A DNA stretch of 64,000 nt, from NCBI GenBank assembly GCA_963676795.2, contig CAXXTB010000002.1, forward strand, positions 128,001 to 192,000, read 5' to 3'. Position 1 is the stretch's first letter, and every line of letters starts with the position of its first letter. The position numbers were made by a program, and so were the translations under genes. Positions 30,612-40,868 of this stretch are shown here, piece by piece. The stretch comes from Geopsychrobacteraceae bacterium (GTDB lineage: Bacteria; Desulfobacterota; Desulfuromonadia; Desulfuromonadales; Geopsychrobacteraceae). The notes beneath the pieces are model-generated. The model saw nothing but the letters and a program-made list of their open reading frames with translations. It did not search any database and was not told where the DNA came from.

Positions 30612-32552
30612 GATAGCGTCGGCACAAGCCGGCATGGATTAGGAGGTGAAAGTCCTCTACGTGGTAAAGGCTAGCGACCAGCCATGACCCCGAGTCATGC
30701 GTCGGCAGCCCGTAAGGGTTGCGGCGAAGCGTTGACAGGGGGCGTGCAGGCCAGGCTATTGAGCTCCGAAATCATCCAATCCGGGTTGCCGACCTTGTAA
30801 GGAAATGGGGAAGGCCGCACGGTACGTCGCGACATCGCAAGTGACGATACCGGACCCGCGGAGTCAGAGACCCAGGGCATGTACGCAAGATCCATGCGCG
30901 GAAGCCGGGAGATCCGGGAATCAACCGACCACGATCCGATGGTCGGTTCGGTCGGGAAAGGCACAAGGCCGAACGCCCGACATGCACGAGCCCCGGAAGT
31001 CGGACGAAGGAATAGTATCGATGAAGCGGACGAACAAAGGAAGACAACCAGAAGCATCAGGTGAACGATCGGCGGAGTTCGTGGAGAAAAGTCCTTCGGC
31101 CAAGGGAAATCCCGTTCAGACGACCGTGACCGAAACATAGGGTTCGGAAGCAGCGACGAGTGGACTGGACCGGATACGAGAAGCAGCGAAGCGGGACAAG
31201 ACCCGGCGATTCACCAATCTGCTGCACCATATTACTGAAGATCTGCTCGACGCTGCCTACCACAAGCTCAACCCCAAGGCCGCTGAGGGCATAGACGAAG
31301 TGACATGGCAGGAGTACGGCGAAGGGCTGCAAGAGCGCCTGACCGTACTTCGTGATCAAATCCATAGGGGAAGCTATCGCACCAAGCCGAGTAGACGGAT
31401 TTGGATACCGAAACGGGACGGGAAGAATCGTCCCATCGGGATAGCCGCCCTGGAAGACAAGATCGTCCAGCAAGCACTGGCAGAAATCCTCCAACCGATC
31501 TACGAAGAGGATTTTCTCGGTTTCAGTTACGGGGCACGCCCCGGACGAAGTCAACACAACGCCCTGGATGCCATCTATGTTGCGATCATGCGGCGCAAGG
31601 TGAACTGGGTTCTGGATGCGGATCTTCAAGGGTTCTACGACAGTCTCAATCACGACTGGTTGATGAAGTTTGTGGAGCATCGCATCGCCGACAAAAGAGT
31701 TCTCCGGCTAATCCGCAAATTTCTGCGAGCCGGAGTCTCCGAAGACGGCAAGTGGTCCAAAACAGAGGTGGGGACACCTCAGGGAGCAGTCATCTCGCCA
31801 CTGTTGGCGAATATATATCTGCACTATGTTCTGGACCTGTGGGTGAATCAATGGCGGAAACGCCAGGCACACGGCGAAGTCTACATCGTACGATACTGCG
31901 ACGACTTCGTTATGGGATTCCAATACCTATCCCACGCACGGATGTTTCAGATCGAACTCAGACAGCGATTGGCTGAGTTTGGGTTGACGTTACATCCGGA
32001 GAAAACCCGACTCATCGAATTTGGTCGTTTTGCCGCCAAAAGCCGCAAGGATCGAGGCAAGGGCAAACCAGAAACCTTCGATTTTCTCGGATTTACTCAC
32101 ATGTGTGGGAGGAGACGAAAAGACGGAAAGTTCATAGTGCAACGCAAAACCATCAGGACGCGGCTACGCGATAAGATCAAAGACGTTCGTACCGTCCTGA
32201 AGCGCAAGCGACATCGTCCGATGGCAGAACAGGGCAGCTGGTTGCGCTGGGTCATCCAGGGCCACTTCAATTACTACGGAGTTCCTGGCAACCACAGAGT
32301 ACTGAATACGTTTCGTCAACAGATCATACGTGCCTGGTTGCAGGCACTACGCAGCCGCAGCCAGAGAGGACGCAGTTTAACGTGGCGGCGTATGCGGGTC
32401 TGGATAGATCGATGGATACCCCGGACAAGAGTGTGTCACCCATACCCGAATCAACGCCTCTGCGTCTGACCTGAGGCAGGAGCCCGGTGCGGTAATTCCG
32501 CACGCCGGGATCTGCGCGGGGGGCGCCGGGTAACCGGCGTTCCTACCGTAAC
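30612..32552 (+). mobile_element. Group II intron (resembles bacterial class E type, no endonuclease domain)
   Basis: Domain V GAGCCCGGTGCGGTAATTCCGCACGCCGGGATC (32480-32512), domain VI with bulged A ending CCTACCGTAAC, EBS1 AAGGAAA (30799-30805) complementary to upstream TTTCCTT (30605-30611), RT ORF inside; 5' boundary uncertain by 1-2 nt. Confidence 0.9.
30982..32469 (+). CDS. ltrA: Intron-encoded reverse transcriptase/maturase; in-frame TAG at 31138-31140 (start uncertain, possibly pseudogene)
   Basis: RFTNLLHH, IPKRDG..RPIGI, FSYG.RP, GTPQG..SPLLANIYL, RYCDD, FDFLGF, HPYP. Confidence 0.85.
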
Positions 32553-32965
32553 TGCTGACTTTCCTTTGCGACCAAAGGAAAGTCAGTCGTCTGGCGGGAC
32601 GAGACCCGCCGGTTCGGTTTATTGGAACGAAAGGGATGAGTCTTATCTTTTGACCAGGCTCGAAGCCTTGTAGGCAAAACAGGTTTCTCACCCCTTTTAC
32701 CGGGCGTCCCCGGAACTGATACTAGCTATAAGAAACAACGGCGATCAACATATAAGGAGGCAAAAACTCCCTTTAATAACTGACGAAGATTGACCCGTAC
32801 TCTCTTCGTAGTTTCCAGCATGGAGCTGACAATGCGCCCGACGATGAGCTGTGCTCATCTGATGGGCAGAACCGGAAAAACTCAGCCATGCTGAGTTTTA
32901 ATAAAAACCGGTTGAAACAAACTCCGATTTTGTCGGCAGTTGTACAAACAAAGGGCAATATTTCA

Positions 32966-33343
32966 ATGAAACAACAGAAGGTTATCCATATCCCCAGCCG
33001 GGAGGTTCCGCGGCTACTTCAACAGGGGGCGACGCTGGTCGATGTCCGGCGGCCTGAAGAGTGGAAGTTGACCGGCGTCGTTGAGGACAGTATCCTGCTG
33101 ACGTTTTTTGACAGCGCCGGGGGTAGCCAGCCCGAGGAGTGGCTGCGCCAGATCGATGCCAGGATTTCCGTATCCGAGCCGCTGGTTCTGCTCTGTCGCA
33201 CGGGACACCGGACGGGGCTGATCAGCGATTTCCTCGCCCAAACGACACAACGTGACATTATATACAATGTCAGTGATGGCATTCTGGGCTGGCTTGCAAC
33301 CGGCCTGCCAATCAAAAAATATCCTCTCACTGAGAATGGCTAA
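32966..33343 (+). CDS. Rhodanese-like domain protein
   Basis: LVDVRRPEEW..TG, CRTGHRT, GILGW. Confidence 0.88.
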   Translation: MKQQKVIHIPSREVPRLLQQGATLVDVRRPEEWKLTGVVEDSILLTFFDSAGGSQPEEWLRQIDARISVSEPLVLLCRTGHRTGLISDFLAQTTQRDIIYNVSDGILGWLATGLPIKKYPLTENG

Positions 33344-33489
33344 CCTATTCAGCTTATTACTTTGCTTGTCTAAGTTGTTGAAAAACAGTCGAAAAAAAAC
33401 ATTTCCATCAGTTGACTTTTCTGTTCCGCGCGATATTCCTTTAAATTGTCACTTCAGAATAAAGGTCCCAAAAAGACAAGGAGGTCGTT

Positions 33490-33717
33490 ATGGAATACCA
33501 CCGTGGTGACCGTGTCAGGATCCTGGGGAGGCCGGAGTGGGGTCCCGGCTATATTCAGGCTGACTGCAGGAATGGAAAAGTGAATGTCCGCTTCGCCAAC
33601 GCCGGACGCAAGGTTCTGGATATACATCACGCCAAGCTGATGAAGGTAGCTCTGCGTGATCCTGTCTGGCTGGAGCAGAGAGAAAGTTGCTGGCGGGGGC
33701 GACAACTGCTCAGTTGA
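33490..33717 (+). CDS. DUF3553-like small protein
   Basis: GDRV....PEWG.G.IQ.....V.VRF.NAGRK; AGGAGG RBS. Confidence 0.75.
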   Translation: MEYHRGDRVRILGRPEWGPGYIQADCRNGKVNVRFANAGRKVLDIHHAKLMKVALRDPVWLEQRESCWRGRQLLS

Positions 33718-33843
33718 CACTTTCCTGGAGATCTCCGGGTTTTATTGGCGTCCGAAAGGGCGTATAATCAGAAAACCGAACAAAATTAACGGGCATGCCT
33801 GGCGATCAGGCGTGCTGTCTTTTTCTGAGCTCCGGAGAATACA

Positions 33844-34332
33844 ATGAAAAAAGCGCTAATTTGGTCAATAGTCCTGTCTTTCGCTGTTCTGACGCTTGGC
33901 TGTCAGGCAACCGGAACCTATTATCTGGGGGCCGGTGTTGAGCGCAAAGCGAGATTGCCGGTTGCTGATGCTGCTCAGTCGGCCATGCGCTGGCAGGATG
34001 ACTACGTCATCGTCGATTTCGATCTGAGCAGAGAGCCGACAGCACTGACGCTTGCCGGAACAGTGGGTTTTACTGATTTTTCGAGGATTATGTATGTCTG
34101 GGCGCATGGTTTGAAGATGCAGATGTTCTTCCTCGATGCCGATGGCAGGGTCGTCACTTATGCGGAAATTCTGCCGCAGCGGGGGCGCGATGTCAGCAGA
34201 GCTTACAAGTTCAGCCTGACCCTTCCACAGAACGTCACCTTTTCATCGGTCTTTTTCGGTTACGAGACGACATTTGTCGATGATGAAGGGTCGGGAAGTC
34301 TGGTCAAAAACTGGCCCGCTGTCGGTCAGTAG
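33844..34332 (+). CDS. Hypothetical lipoprotein
   Basis: Signal peptide with LGC lipobox. Confidence 0.7.
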   Translation: MKKALIWSIVLSFAVLTLGCQATGTYYLGAGVERKARLPVADAAQSAMRWQDDYVIVDFDLSREPTALTLAGTVGFTDFSRIMYVWAHGLKMQMFFLDADGRVVTYAEILPQRGRDVSRAYKFSLTLPQNVTFSSVFFGYETTFVDDEGSGSLVKNWPAVGQ

Positions 34333-34350
34333 TGAGCGAGAAGCACAGTA

Positions 34351-34382
34351 AAAAAGGCGGCCCCGTTGGGACCGCCTTTTTT
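34351..34382 (+). terminator. Rho-independent terminator
   Basis: AAAAAGGCGG...CCGCCTTTTTT. Confidence 0.75.
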
Positions 34383-34513
34383 GCGTCCAGCCGAGTCCGC
34401 CGCGGGTTCGGCTGCATTGCGTCGTGCTTTGAAAAATACTATTCACATGCTAGTATCCCAGTCTTTTCTGCGTCCTGAAAAGGAAGCGCAGATCTTCAAC
34501 AGGGAGAACCTCT

Positions 34514-36811
34514 ATGGCTATTTTTGATGTTGCCCGGCAGCTCGTAGAAGAAACCGGTCTGAAAGCGTTTCAGATTTCCCAGACCGTTGCGTTGCTGGAA
34601 GAAGGAGCGACGGTTCCTTTTATCGCCCGTTATCGTAAAGAAGCGACGGGTGAACTTGATGAAGTTCAGGTCAGGCAGCTTGAAGAACGCCTGAATTACT
34701 ATAAAGAGTTGCAGGACCGTCAGCAGGCGATTCTCAAATCGATCGACGAGCAGGGCAAGCTGACCGCTGACCTGCGGGCCAAAATTGAAGCCTGTCGGCA
34801 GAAGAACGAGCTTGAAGATCTCTATCTGCCCTATAAGCCGAAACGCCGGACCAAAGCGACAATGGCCCGTGAGCAGGGACTGGAGCCTCTGGCCACTGCG
34901 ATTCTCGAGGCGCGTGGCTCTGTGGTGGCGCTTGAGATCCTGGCTGAGGCCTATATCGATATCGAGAAGGGGGTTGAAGATAGCGCGGCGGCCCTGAGCG
35001 GAGCCGGCTTTATTCTCGCTGAAACTTTTGCCGAGAATGCCGCCTGCCGGACCATCGTCCGCGACCAGACCTGGGAGCATGGCCTGTTCCGTTCTCAGCC
35101 TGCGCGTGGCAAGGAAGGAACAGTCAGCAAGTACGAGATGTACTACGATTTCAGCGAGGCGCTCAAAGAGATCCCTTCTCACCGGATGCTGGCCATGCGT
35201 CGCGGTGAAAAGGAGGAGATCCTGCGGCTTGTTGTTGATGCCCCCGAAGAAGAGATCCTGCGCCGTCTGCAGCACTTGCTGGTTCCCGCCCAGCATCCTT
35301 ACGCGAATTGGCTGGCCAGCGTTATCGCCGATGCCTATGCCCGGCTGCTGTTCCCTTCGATCGAGGTTGAGCTGCGCCTGAAGGCCAAGACCGCCGCCGA
35401 TGAAGAGGCGATCCGGGTGTTCGCCGAAAATCTGCGTAACCTGCTGCTTGCCGCACCGGCCGGCAGCCGCCGGGTGCTGGGCATCGATCCGGGCTTGCGC
35501 ACCGGCTCCAAGCTGGCCGCCGTCGACCAGACCGGCAAGTTTCTCGAGCATGTCACCATCTATCCGCATACCGGCAGCAACAAGATCGAACCGGCCCAGA
35601 AAGAGCTGTTGCGTCTGGTCGTAAGCCATCAGATCGAGATGGTTGCCATCGGCAACGGTACCGCTGGGCGCGAGATGGACCAGTTTGTTCGCCAGTGTTT
35701 CAGGGATGCCGACATCAAGCTGCCGGTTGTCATGGTCAGTGAAGCCGGTGCCAGTGTCTATTCTGCTTCGGATATTGCCCGCGAGGAATTTCCTGATCTC
35801 GATCTGACCGTGCGTGGCGCCATTTCTATTGCTCGGCGCCTGCAGGATCCGCTGGCCGAGCTGGTCAAGGTCGATCCGAAGAGTATTGGCGTCGGCCAGT
35901 ATCAACATGATGTCAACCAGACCCTGCTCAAAAAAGCGCTTGATGATGTCGTCGAATCCTGCGTCAACTATGTCGGTGTCGATCTGAACACGGCCAGCTG
36001 GGCACTTTTGAGTTTTGTCTCCGGGATCAGCGAATCTCTGGCCAAGGCGATTGTCCGTCAGCGCGATGCCAAAGGGCTGTTTACCCGGCGTGAACAGCTG
36101 CTCGATGTCGCCCGTTTCGGACCCAAGGCGTTTGAGCAATCTGCCGGTTTTCTGCGCATCCGCCAGGGGGAGCAGCCGCTCGATAATACGGCCGTTCACC
36201 CGGAACGTTACGCCCTGGTCAAGACCATGGCTGGCGATAGCGGTGTCACTCTTGAGACATTGATTGCCGAACCGGCCCTGCTCGACAGGATCGATCTCAA
36301 GAAATATCTATCCGGCGATGTCGGTCTGCCGACCTTGAAGGATATCATCGCCGAATTGAAGAAGCCGGGGCGCGACCCGCGCCAGAGCTTCGTCACTACC
36401 AGCTTCCGTGAAGATGTCATGGAGATCAGGGATCTGAAAGCGGGGATGAGTCTCAACGGCGTGGTCACCAATGTCGCTGCCTTCGGAGCCTTTGTCGATA
36501 TCGGCGTGCATCAGGACGGACTGGTTCATGTCAGCCAGCTTGCCGATCGTTTTATCAGGGATCCAAATGAGGTGGTCAAGGTTGGTCAGCAGGTTCAGGT
36601 GCGGGTGCTCGAGGTTGACGAACAGCGCAAGCGGATTTCTTTGACCATGCGTAGTGATTCTACTGAGTCTGCTGGAAATTTCAAAAAAGGCTCAGATGTG
36701 AAAAATATGAACAAGGGAAATAAGTCGAACAAGAAGGTTGATGAAAAAAAGAATGGGATCTCTGATTTGGCCCTTGCTCTACAAAAATCCGGTTTCAAGG
36801 TGAAGTCCTGA
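34514..36811 (+). CDS. tex: Tex family RNA-binding transcriptional accessory protein
   Basis: GATVPFIARYRKE, GIDPGLRTGSK, SEAGASVYSAS, IGVGQYQHD, C-terminal S1 domain. Confidence 0.95.
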   Translation: MAIFDVARQLVEETGLKAFQISQTVALLEEGATVPFIARYRKEATGELDEVQVRQLEERLNYYKELQDRQQAILKSIDEQGKLTADLRAKIEACRQKNELEDLYLPYKPKRRTKATMAREQGLEPLATAILEARGSVVALEILAEAYIDIEKGVEDSAAALSGAGFILAETFAENAACRTIVRDQTWEHGLFRSQPARGKEGTVSKYEMYYDFSEALKEIPSHRMLAMRRGEKEEILRLVVDAPEEEILRRLQHLLVPAQHPYANWLASVIADAYARLLFPSIEVELRLKAKTAADEEAIRVFAENLRNLLLAAPAGSRRVLGIDPGLRTGSKLAAVDQTGKFLEHVTIYPHTGSNKIEPAQKELLRLVVSHQIEMVAIGNGTAGREMDQFVRQCFRDADIKLPVVMVSEAGASVYSASDIAREEFPDLDLTVRGAISIARRLQDPLAELVKVDPKSIGVGQYQHDVNQTLLKKALDDVVESCVNYVGVDLNTASWALLSFVSGISESLAKAIVRQRDAKGLFTRREQLLDVARFGPKAFEQSAGFLRIRQGEQPLDNTAVHPERYALVKTMAGDSGVTLETLIAEPALLDRIDLKKYLSGDVGLPTLKDIIAELKKPGRDPRQSFVTTSFREDVMEIRDLKAGMSLNGVVTNVAAFGAFVDIGVHQDGLVHVSQLADRFIRDPNEVVKVGQQVQVRVLEVDEQRKRISLTMRSDSTESAGNFKKGSDVKNMNKGNKSNKKVDEKKNGISDLALALQKSGFKVKS

Positions 36812-36860
36812 TCCTTCCCTGGCAGGGGGGATGTTGTCGTGCGAAGTAATTTGCCCTTTT

Positions 36861-36900
36861 GCCTGCTGATTCCTGTTTCGTGATCAGCAGGCTTCTTCTT
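36861..36900 (+). terminator. Rho-independent terminator
   Basis: GCCTGCTGAT...ATCAGCAGGC followed by a T-rich tract. Confidence 0.6.
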
Positions 36901-37194
36901 CTCTGTGATCCATGAAGGCTGATCGATCTTTTGTGCAGGCCCTTGAATTGGCGATAAATGCACATAAAATATGTTTGTTCTTGAATAATGTTGGTGACTT
37001 CCGGCCATATCATTGTCTTTGGCCGTGTTTCGTTGTTGGTTTTTGGCAACAGTGCAGATTAGCCCTTTTCATTCAGGAATCGGACAGGTACACTTGCATT
37101 CTGCCCATGGTTTGGTTATGAAATGACCTGTAAATTTTTCTATGGGATTCTGTCTGTAACATCATCTGTATCTGTCATGGACTAATATTCAGGG

Positions 37195-37677
37195 ATGGCC
37201 GGGGAGGGCTTCATGTCTGAGGGTAAATGGGGAGGTAAAGGCATGGATGGTAAAAAGTCGACATCCAGAAAAAAACACAGGTCCGAAAAGGACCTTAAAA
37301 AATTCAAGGTGATTGACGGACGGCGGGAAGTGCAGTCTGAAGCAAAGCCCGAGCACGTAGAAAAGGAAAAAAAGGTGACTTCTGAAACAGCATCTGCAGT
37401 ACGTACCGGTAATCGACAAATGAACATCAGCTTCATCAAGGCAGGGATCGGCTTTGGTCTCGTCGCTCTGGTGATGTCTTTCATCATGCAGGATTTCCGT
37501 GAGCATTTTGTCGTGATCGGCATCTGTGCCGGTGTTCTGGTCTATGTTGCCCTGCATCTGGTCAATTTTGTCCTCGAATCGAGGCAGGTGGCCCTGAAAA
37601 TCGGTCTTTTCGTCGTGTCGGCATTATTGCTTGCGGCACTGCTTTACACCTTCATCATGAGTGTCAAGCCTGGATGA
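37195..37677 (+). CDS. Hypothetical membrane protein (basic N-terminus, 3 TM; start uncertain)
   Basis: Open frame with C-terminal TM helices. Confidence 0.6.
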   Translation: MAGEGFMSEGKWGGKGMDGKKSTSRKKHRSEKDLKKFKVIDGRREVQSEAKPEHVEKEKKVTSETASAVRTGNRQMNISFIKAGIGFGLVALVMSFIMQDFREHFVVIGICAGVLVYVALHLVNFVLESRQVALKIGLFVVSALLLAALLYTFIMSVKPG

Positions 37678-37787
37678 CGGCTGCTTTGAAAAGATAAAGA
37701 GAATGTGAGCCCGGTTCGGAAGAGTCGGGCTCGTTTTGTTTCAAAAAGGATCTGGGCAGGCCGGGGCGCCTGCCGGTAAGGAGAGCT

Positions 37788-38330
37788 ATGTTCATTGAAT
37801 TAGCAAGGAAACGCAGAAGTGTCAGAGCCTTCACGGACCAACCGGTTGAAGAGGAACAGCTGGCCCGCATTGTTGAGGCGGCATTACGTTCGCCATCGGG
37901 GCGTTCCAAGCGTCCCTATCACCTGCTGGTTGTCACCGACAGGGCTCTGATCGATCAGATGGTTCAGGCCAAAACCCACGGAGGACTGTTTTTGGCGACA
38001 GCGACAGCGGCCATTGTCGTTTGTGGCGATCCGACCATTTCAGATATGTGGATCGAGGACTCAACCATTGCCGCTGTGACCATGCAGTACGCGGCAACGG
38101 ACCTGGGGCTGGGCAGCTGCTGGGCGCAGATCCGGGCGCGCAACCACAGTGATGACTTAAGTGCCGGAGAATATCTGAATCAGCTCCTTGCACTGCCGGA
38201 GCATTTCGAGGTCGAATGTGTGCTGGGGATTGGCTGCCCTGCCCAGCAGACCCGTCCGTTGGAGGATGACGCCTTAAGGTATGACAGAGTCAGCCTGAAT
38301 AGCTATATGACCCCATTCAAGGTTTCCTGA
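37788..38330 (+). CDS. Nitroreductase family protein
   Basis: RRSVRAF, SPS, DLGLGSCW. Confidence 0.9.
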   Translation: MFIELARKRRSVRAFTDQPVEEEQLARIVEAALRSPSGRSKRPYHLLVVTDRALIDQMVQAKTHGGLFLATATAAIVVCGDPTISDMWIEDSTIAAVTMQYAATDLGLGSCWAQIRARNHSDDLSAGEYLNQLLALPEHFEVECVLGIGCPAQQTRPLEDDALRYDRVSLNSYMTPFKVS

Positions 38331-38332
38331 AA

Positions 38333-39700
38333 TTAACTGCTTTGAGCGGCCTTGTCGCTGAGAATGACAAGGATTCTCTGGCGCCACTGGCGAGGGTGGT
38401 GTAACTGTTTCAGGGCGCCCACCATGCAGCTGAGGTCCTCGGCCGAGAGGGGGATTTCCTGAAAGTGTTTTTGGCGGTAGCCGTGATGAATTCGCTCGAT
38501 TGCCGGCTGCAGTTCGGCAAACAATGAACCCAGGCGGCGACAATATTGGTGTGGGGTTTCAGCCTGGCGCGGCGGAACCCCGCTGCGCGTGCCCCAGAGA
38601 ATCAGGCGTCTGAAACAATCTTCACTGGTGTAGCTTTTGCGCCGCAAAAAATTGTAGGCGCTTCTGAACAGCAGCGCGATAACCTTGAGCAGCCGAACTG
38701 GTATCCGGATAAACCCGGAACGCTGAAGTTGTGGTCTGGCGTTTGAGCCTTTTGCCCAGAGCAGGCGCAGCAGCGTGGCCAGAATCAGGCCGAGAAAAAA
38801 CAGGCCGACGAGAATGAGGACCGCGGCGAACAGATACTGGGCGACGCTGAAATGGTGGAACAGATCGGGGCGGAGCACTGTCTCAAGAGCAGGGTCCGCT
38901 GATTTCGCTTGGGACGGAAGCTTGCCCAGTCCCGCGGGGCTGTAGCTGAAGATTGCATGGAGAACCGCCTCTAGAGGTTTCAGCAGCACGGAACCGGATG
39001 TGCCGATCCCCTCGATCGTTGTTTTGGTGATTCGGCTGATTTGCGGATAGAGCAGGGTGACGATGGCCAGGATTCCGCAGAACAGCGCCGTTGAACTGAG
39101 CCAGAACAGCAGCCCCCTTCTTACCGTCGTGCCGATTCGTTGCGCTGAGGCCTGGTGGCTCTCTGCAAGGGTTATGGCTCCCAGAATGAAAAAGCAGAGA
39201 TAGGGCAATGGGCCCGGAACAGCAAGCTGTAAACCTTCTTTGTAGCTGAGCCAGAGTTTGCTTAAAGCGAGCAGAAAGAGCCAGAAGGCTCCCCGGTCAA
39301 AGATTCTGCAGATCCTGAAATAACTGGTTTCCTTGAGTGGTAGCTGGGCGCCGAGAGTCATGAAGAGCAAACTTAAGACGATGAACAGGACCAGCTGATA
39401 CCAGCTTCCCACGGAATGCGGTTGACGCAGTGCCGCCTGCCAGTTCAACAGCGCGTAGAGGATGACAGCGCCAAGCGGTATCTGCAGCAGCAGAATCCAG
39501 AAAATGCGCAGGCGACGTTCGGTCGCAATGAGCGATAGCAACATCGGCAGGATATAGGCGATGAGGCCGCTTAAGAAGGAGTAGTTACCGCCCTGTCCCG
39601 CCGAGATCAGGTAGCTGCTCCAGGCTTGAAGCCAGCACAGGTTCATACCCGCACAGAGGATCAGCCGGAGCAACGACTGTGGCGTGGTTATTCCAGGCAT
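38333..39700 (-). CDS. Multi-TM protein with C-terminal DUF4129-like domain
   Basis: Many TM helices, G.P...ETP..Y..RL motif; MoxR operon context. Confidence 0.7.
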   Translation of the reverse strand: MPGITTPQSLLRLILCAGMNLCWLQAWSSYLISAGQGGNYSFLSGLIAYILPMLLSLIATERRLRIFWILLLQIPLGAVILYALLNWQAALRQPHSVGSWYQLVLFIVLSLLFMTLGAQLPLKETSYFRICRIFDRGAFWLFLLALSKLWLSYKEGLQLAVPGPLPYLCFFILGAITLAESHQASAQRIGTTVRRGLLFWLSSTALFCGILAIVTLLYPQISRITKTTIEGIGTSGSVLLKPLEAVLHAIFSYSPAGLGKLPSQAKSADPALETVLRPDLFHHFSVAQYLFAAVLILVGLFFLGLILATLLRLLWAKGSNARPQLQRSGFIRIPVRLLKVIALLFRSAYNFLRRKSYTSEDCFRRLILWGTRSGVPPRQAETPHQYCRRLGSLFAELQPAIERIHHGYRQKHFQEIPLSAEDLSCMVGALKQLHHPRQWRQRILVILSDKAAQSS

Positions 39701-40863
39701 AGGTTCTCCAGTGGGATCACGCGCAGATCGTTGACGGTCTCAGTGCTCGTCAGCGCCGGAACCAGGGTGATCGACATTCTTCTGGTTTTCAGCAATTTCA
39801 GCGCAGCACCAGTTTGCGGCTGATGCTGTGAAAGACAGAGGAGCAGGATCTGCGCCCCGCTGAGCTGGTGCATACAGCGACCAAGCAGGGCCCCCAGAGT
39901 GGGGCCCGTCTCAGCCGTGTGTCTGGCCAGCAGCTCAAACATGTTTGTCAGGTCGGGATGGCTGTCGGGCGGGACAAGAGCCTCTGGTGCACCGATCATC
40001 CTGCCGTTGCTGACCAGGCCGAGCTGGTGTCCCTGTTGGGAAAAATGATGAATCAGGCTGGCCGATAGTCCCAGCATCCGTTCAAAGGAGGCGTTCATCT
40101 CTTCACTGGCGAAACCTTCCACGTCGATCACCAGCAGGACCTTGCCCATACTGGCCGGTTCGCAGACCTTTTCACTGAGCCGGTTGAGCCGCGCGCTGAC
40201 TTTCCAGTTGATTCTTCTGGCCGGCGATTCGCCGCGGTATTCCCGGCTGCCGCTGACATAGATCGGATCCTCTACCGGGCTGCGCCAGCCCGGGCGGCCG
40301 AAGAACAGGCGCTCACTGATCGCCGGTGCTGCCAGGGGGACCAGGGACGGGAAAACAATAATCTCGGCGCTGATGACCTGCTTCTTGATGTGGGGGTAGA
40401 AGCCGAACGGGTCGGCCGTCAGCAGAGATGTGTCGGAAAAGGAATAGACTCCGCGACGTAACACGGGGAAATGACACCGGGTCGAAAGCTTCTGCAGGCC
40501 CGATAGCCAGAATTGTTGCGAATCCTGTTCGCTGCTACCCTGGTGAAGAGCGTTGAGACGGCTGTCGACTCTCAGCCACAGTGGAAGCAGGCCGCTGTTC
40601 CGTCCGCTGACGACAAGTTCGATCTTTTCACCGGCAAAGACCCTTGATGAAGCGACTGAGCAACAGATGTCCAGTTTCCGGCTGACGCGTTTGCTCCACA
40701 GGGAAGCACTGACAAACAGCAGCAGGCCCAGAGCGCAGAAAAGGGTCAGCTCTGCCGATCTGCAGGCCAGGGCCAGCAGCAGGAAAAACAGGGTGAAGAC
40801 CAGCAGCAGGCGCGAAGCGAAAAGCGACGTGCTGTGCTGCTGGACCAGGGTTGCTTCACTCAT
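39688..40863 (-). CDS. DUF58 domain protein
   Basis: RRGVY, DPFG, REY.G..RRINWK.SAR. Confidence 0.85.
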   Translation of the reverse strand: MSEATLVQQHSTSLFASRLLLVFTLFFLLLALACRSAELTLFCALGLLLFVSASLWSKRVSRKLDICCSVASSRVFAGEKIELVVSGRNSGLLPLWLRVDSRLNALHQGSSEQDSQQFWLSGLQKLSTRCHFPVLRRGVYSFSDTSLLTADPFGFYPHIKKQVISAEIIVFPSLVPLAAPAISERLFFGRPGWRSPVEDPIYVSGSREYRGESPARRINWKVSARLNRLSEKVCEPASMGKVLLVIDVEGFASEEMNASFERMLGLSASLIHHFSQQGHQLGLVSNGRMIGAPEALVPPDSHPDLTNMFELLARHTAETGPTLGALLGRCMHQLSGAQILLLCLSQHQPQTGAALKLLKTRRMSITLVPALTSTETVNDLRVIPLENLCLE

Positions 40864-40868
40864 GGGGA

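Larger units (their letters stand above)
30502..32899. repeat. Palindromic REPIN/MITE-like element, copy 2, interrupted by the group II intron
   Basis: Same TIRs (CGGTTCTGCCC at 30502; GGGCAGAACCG ending 32874) and internal blocks (TAGGTCGTTA; GTCGTCTGGCGGG.CGAGACC) as 6524-6927. Confidence 0.85.
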
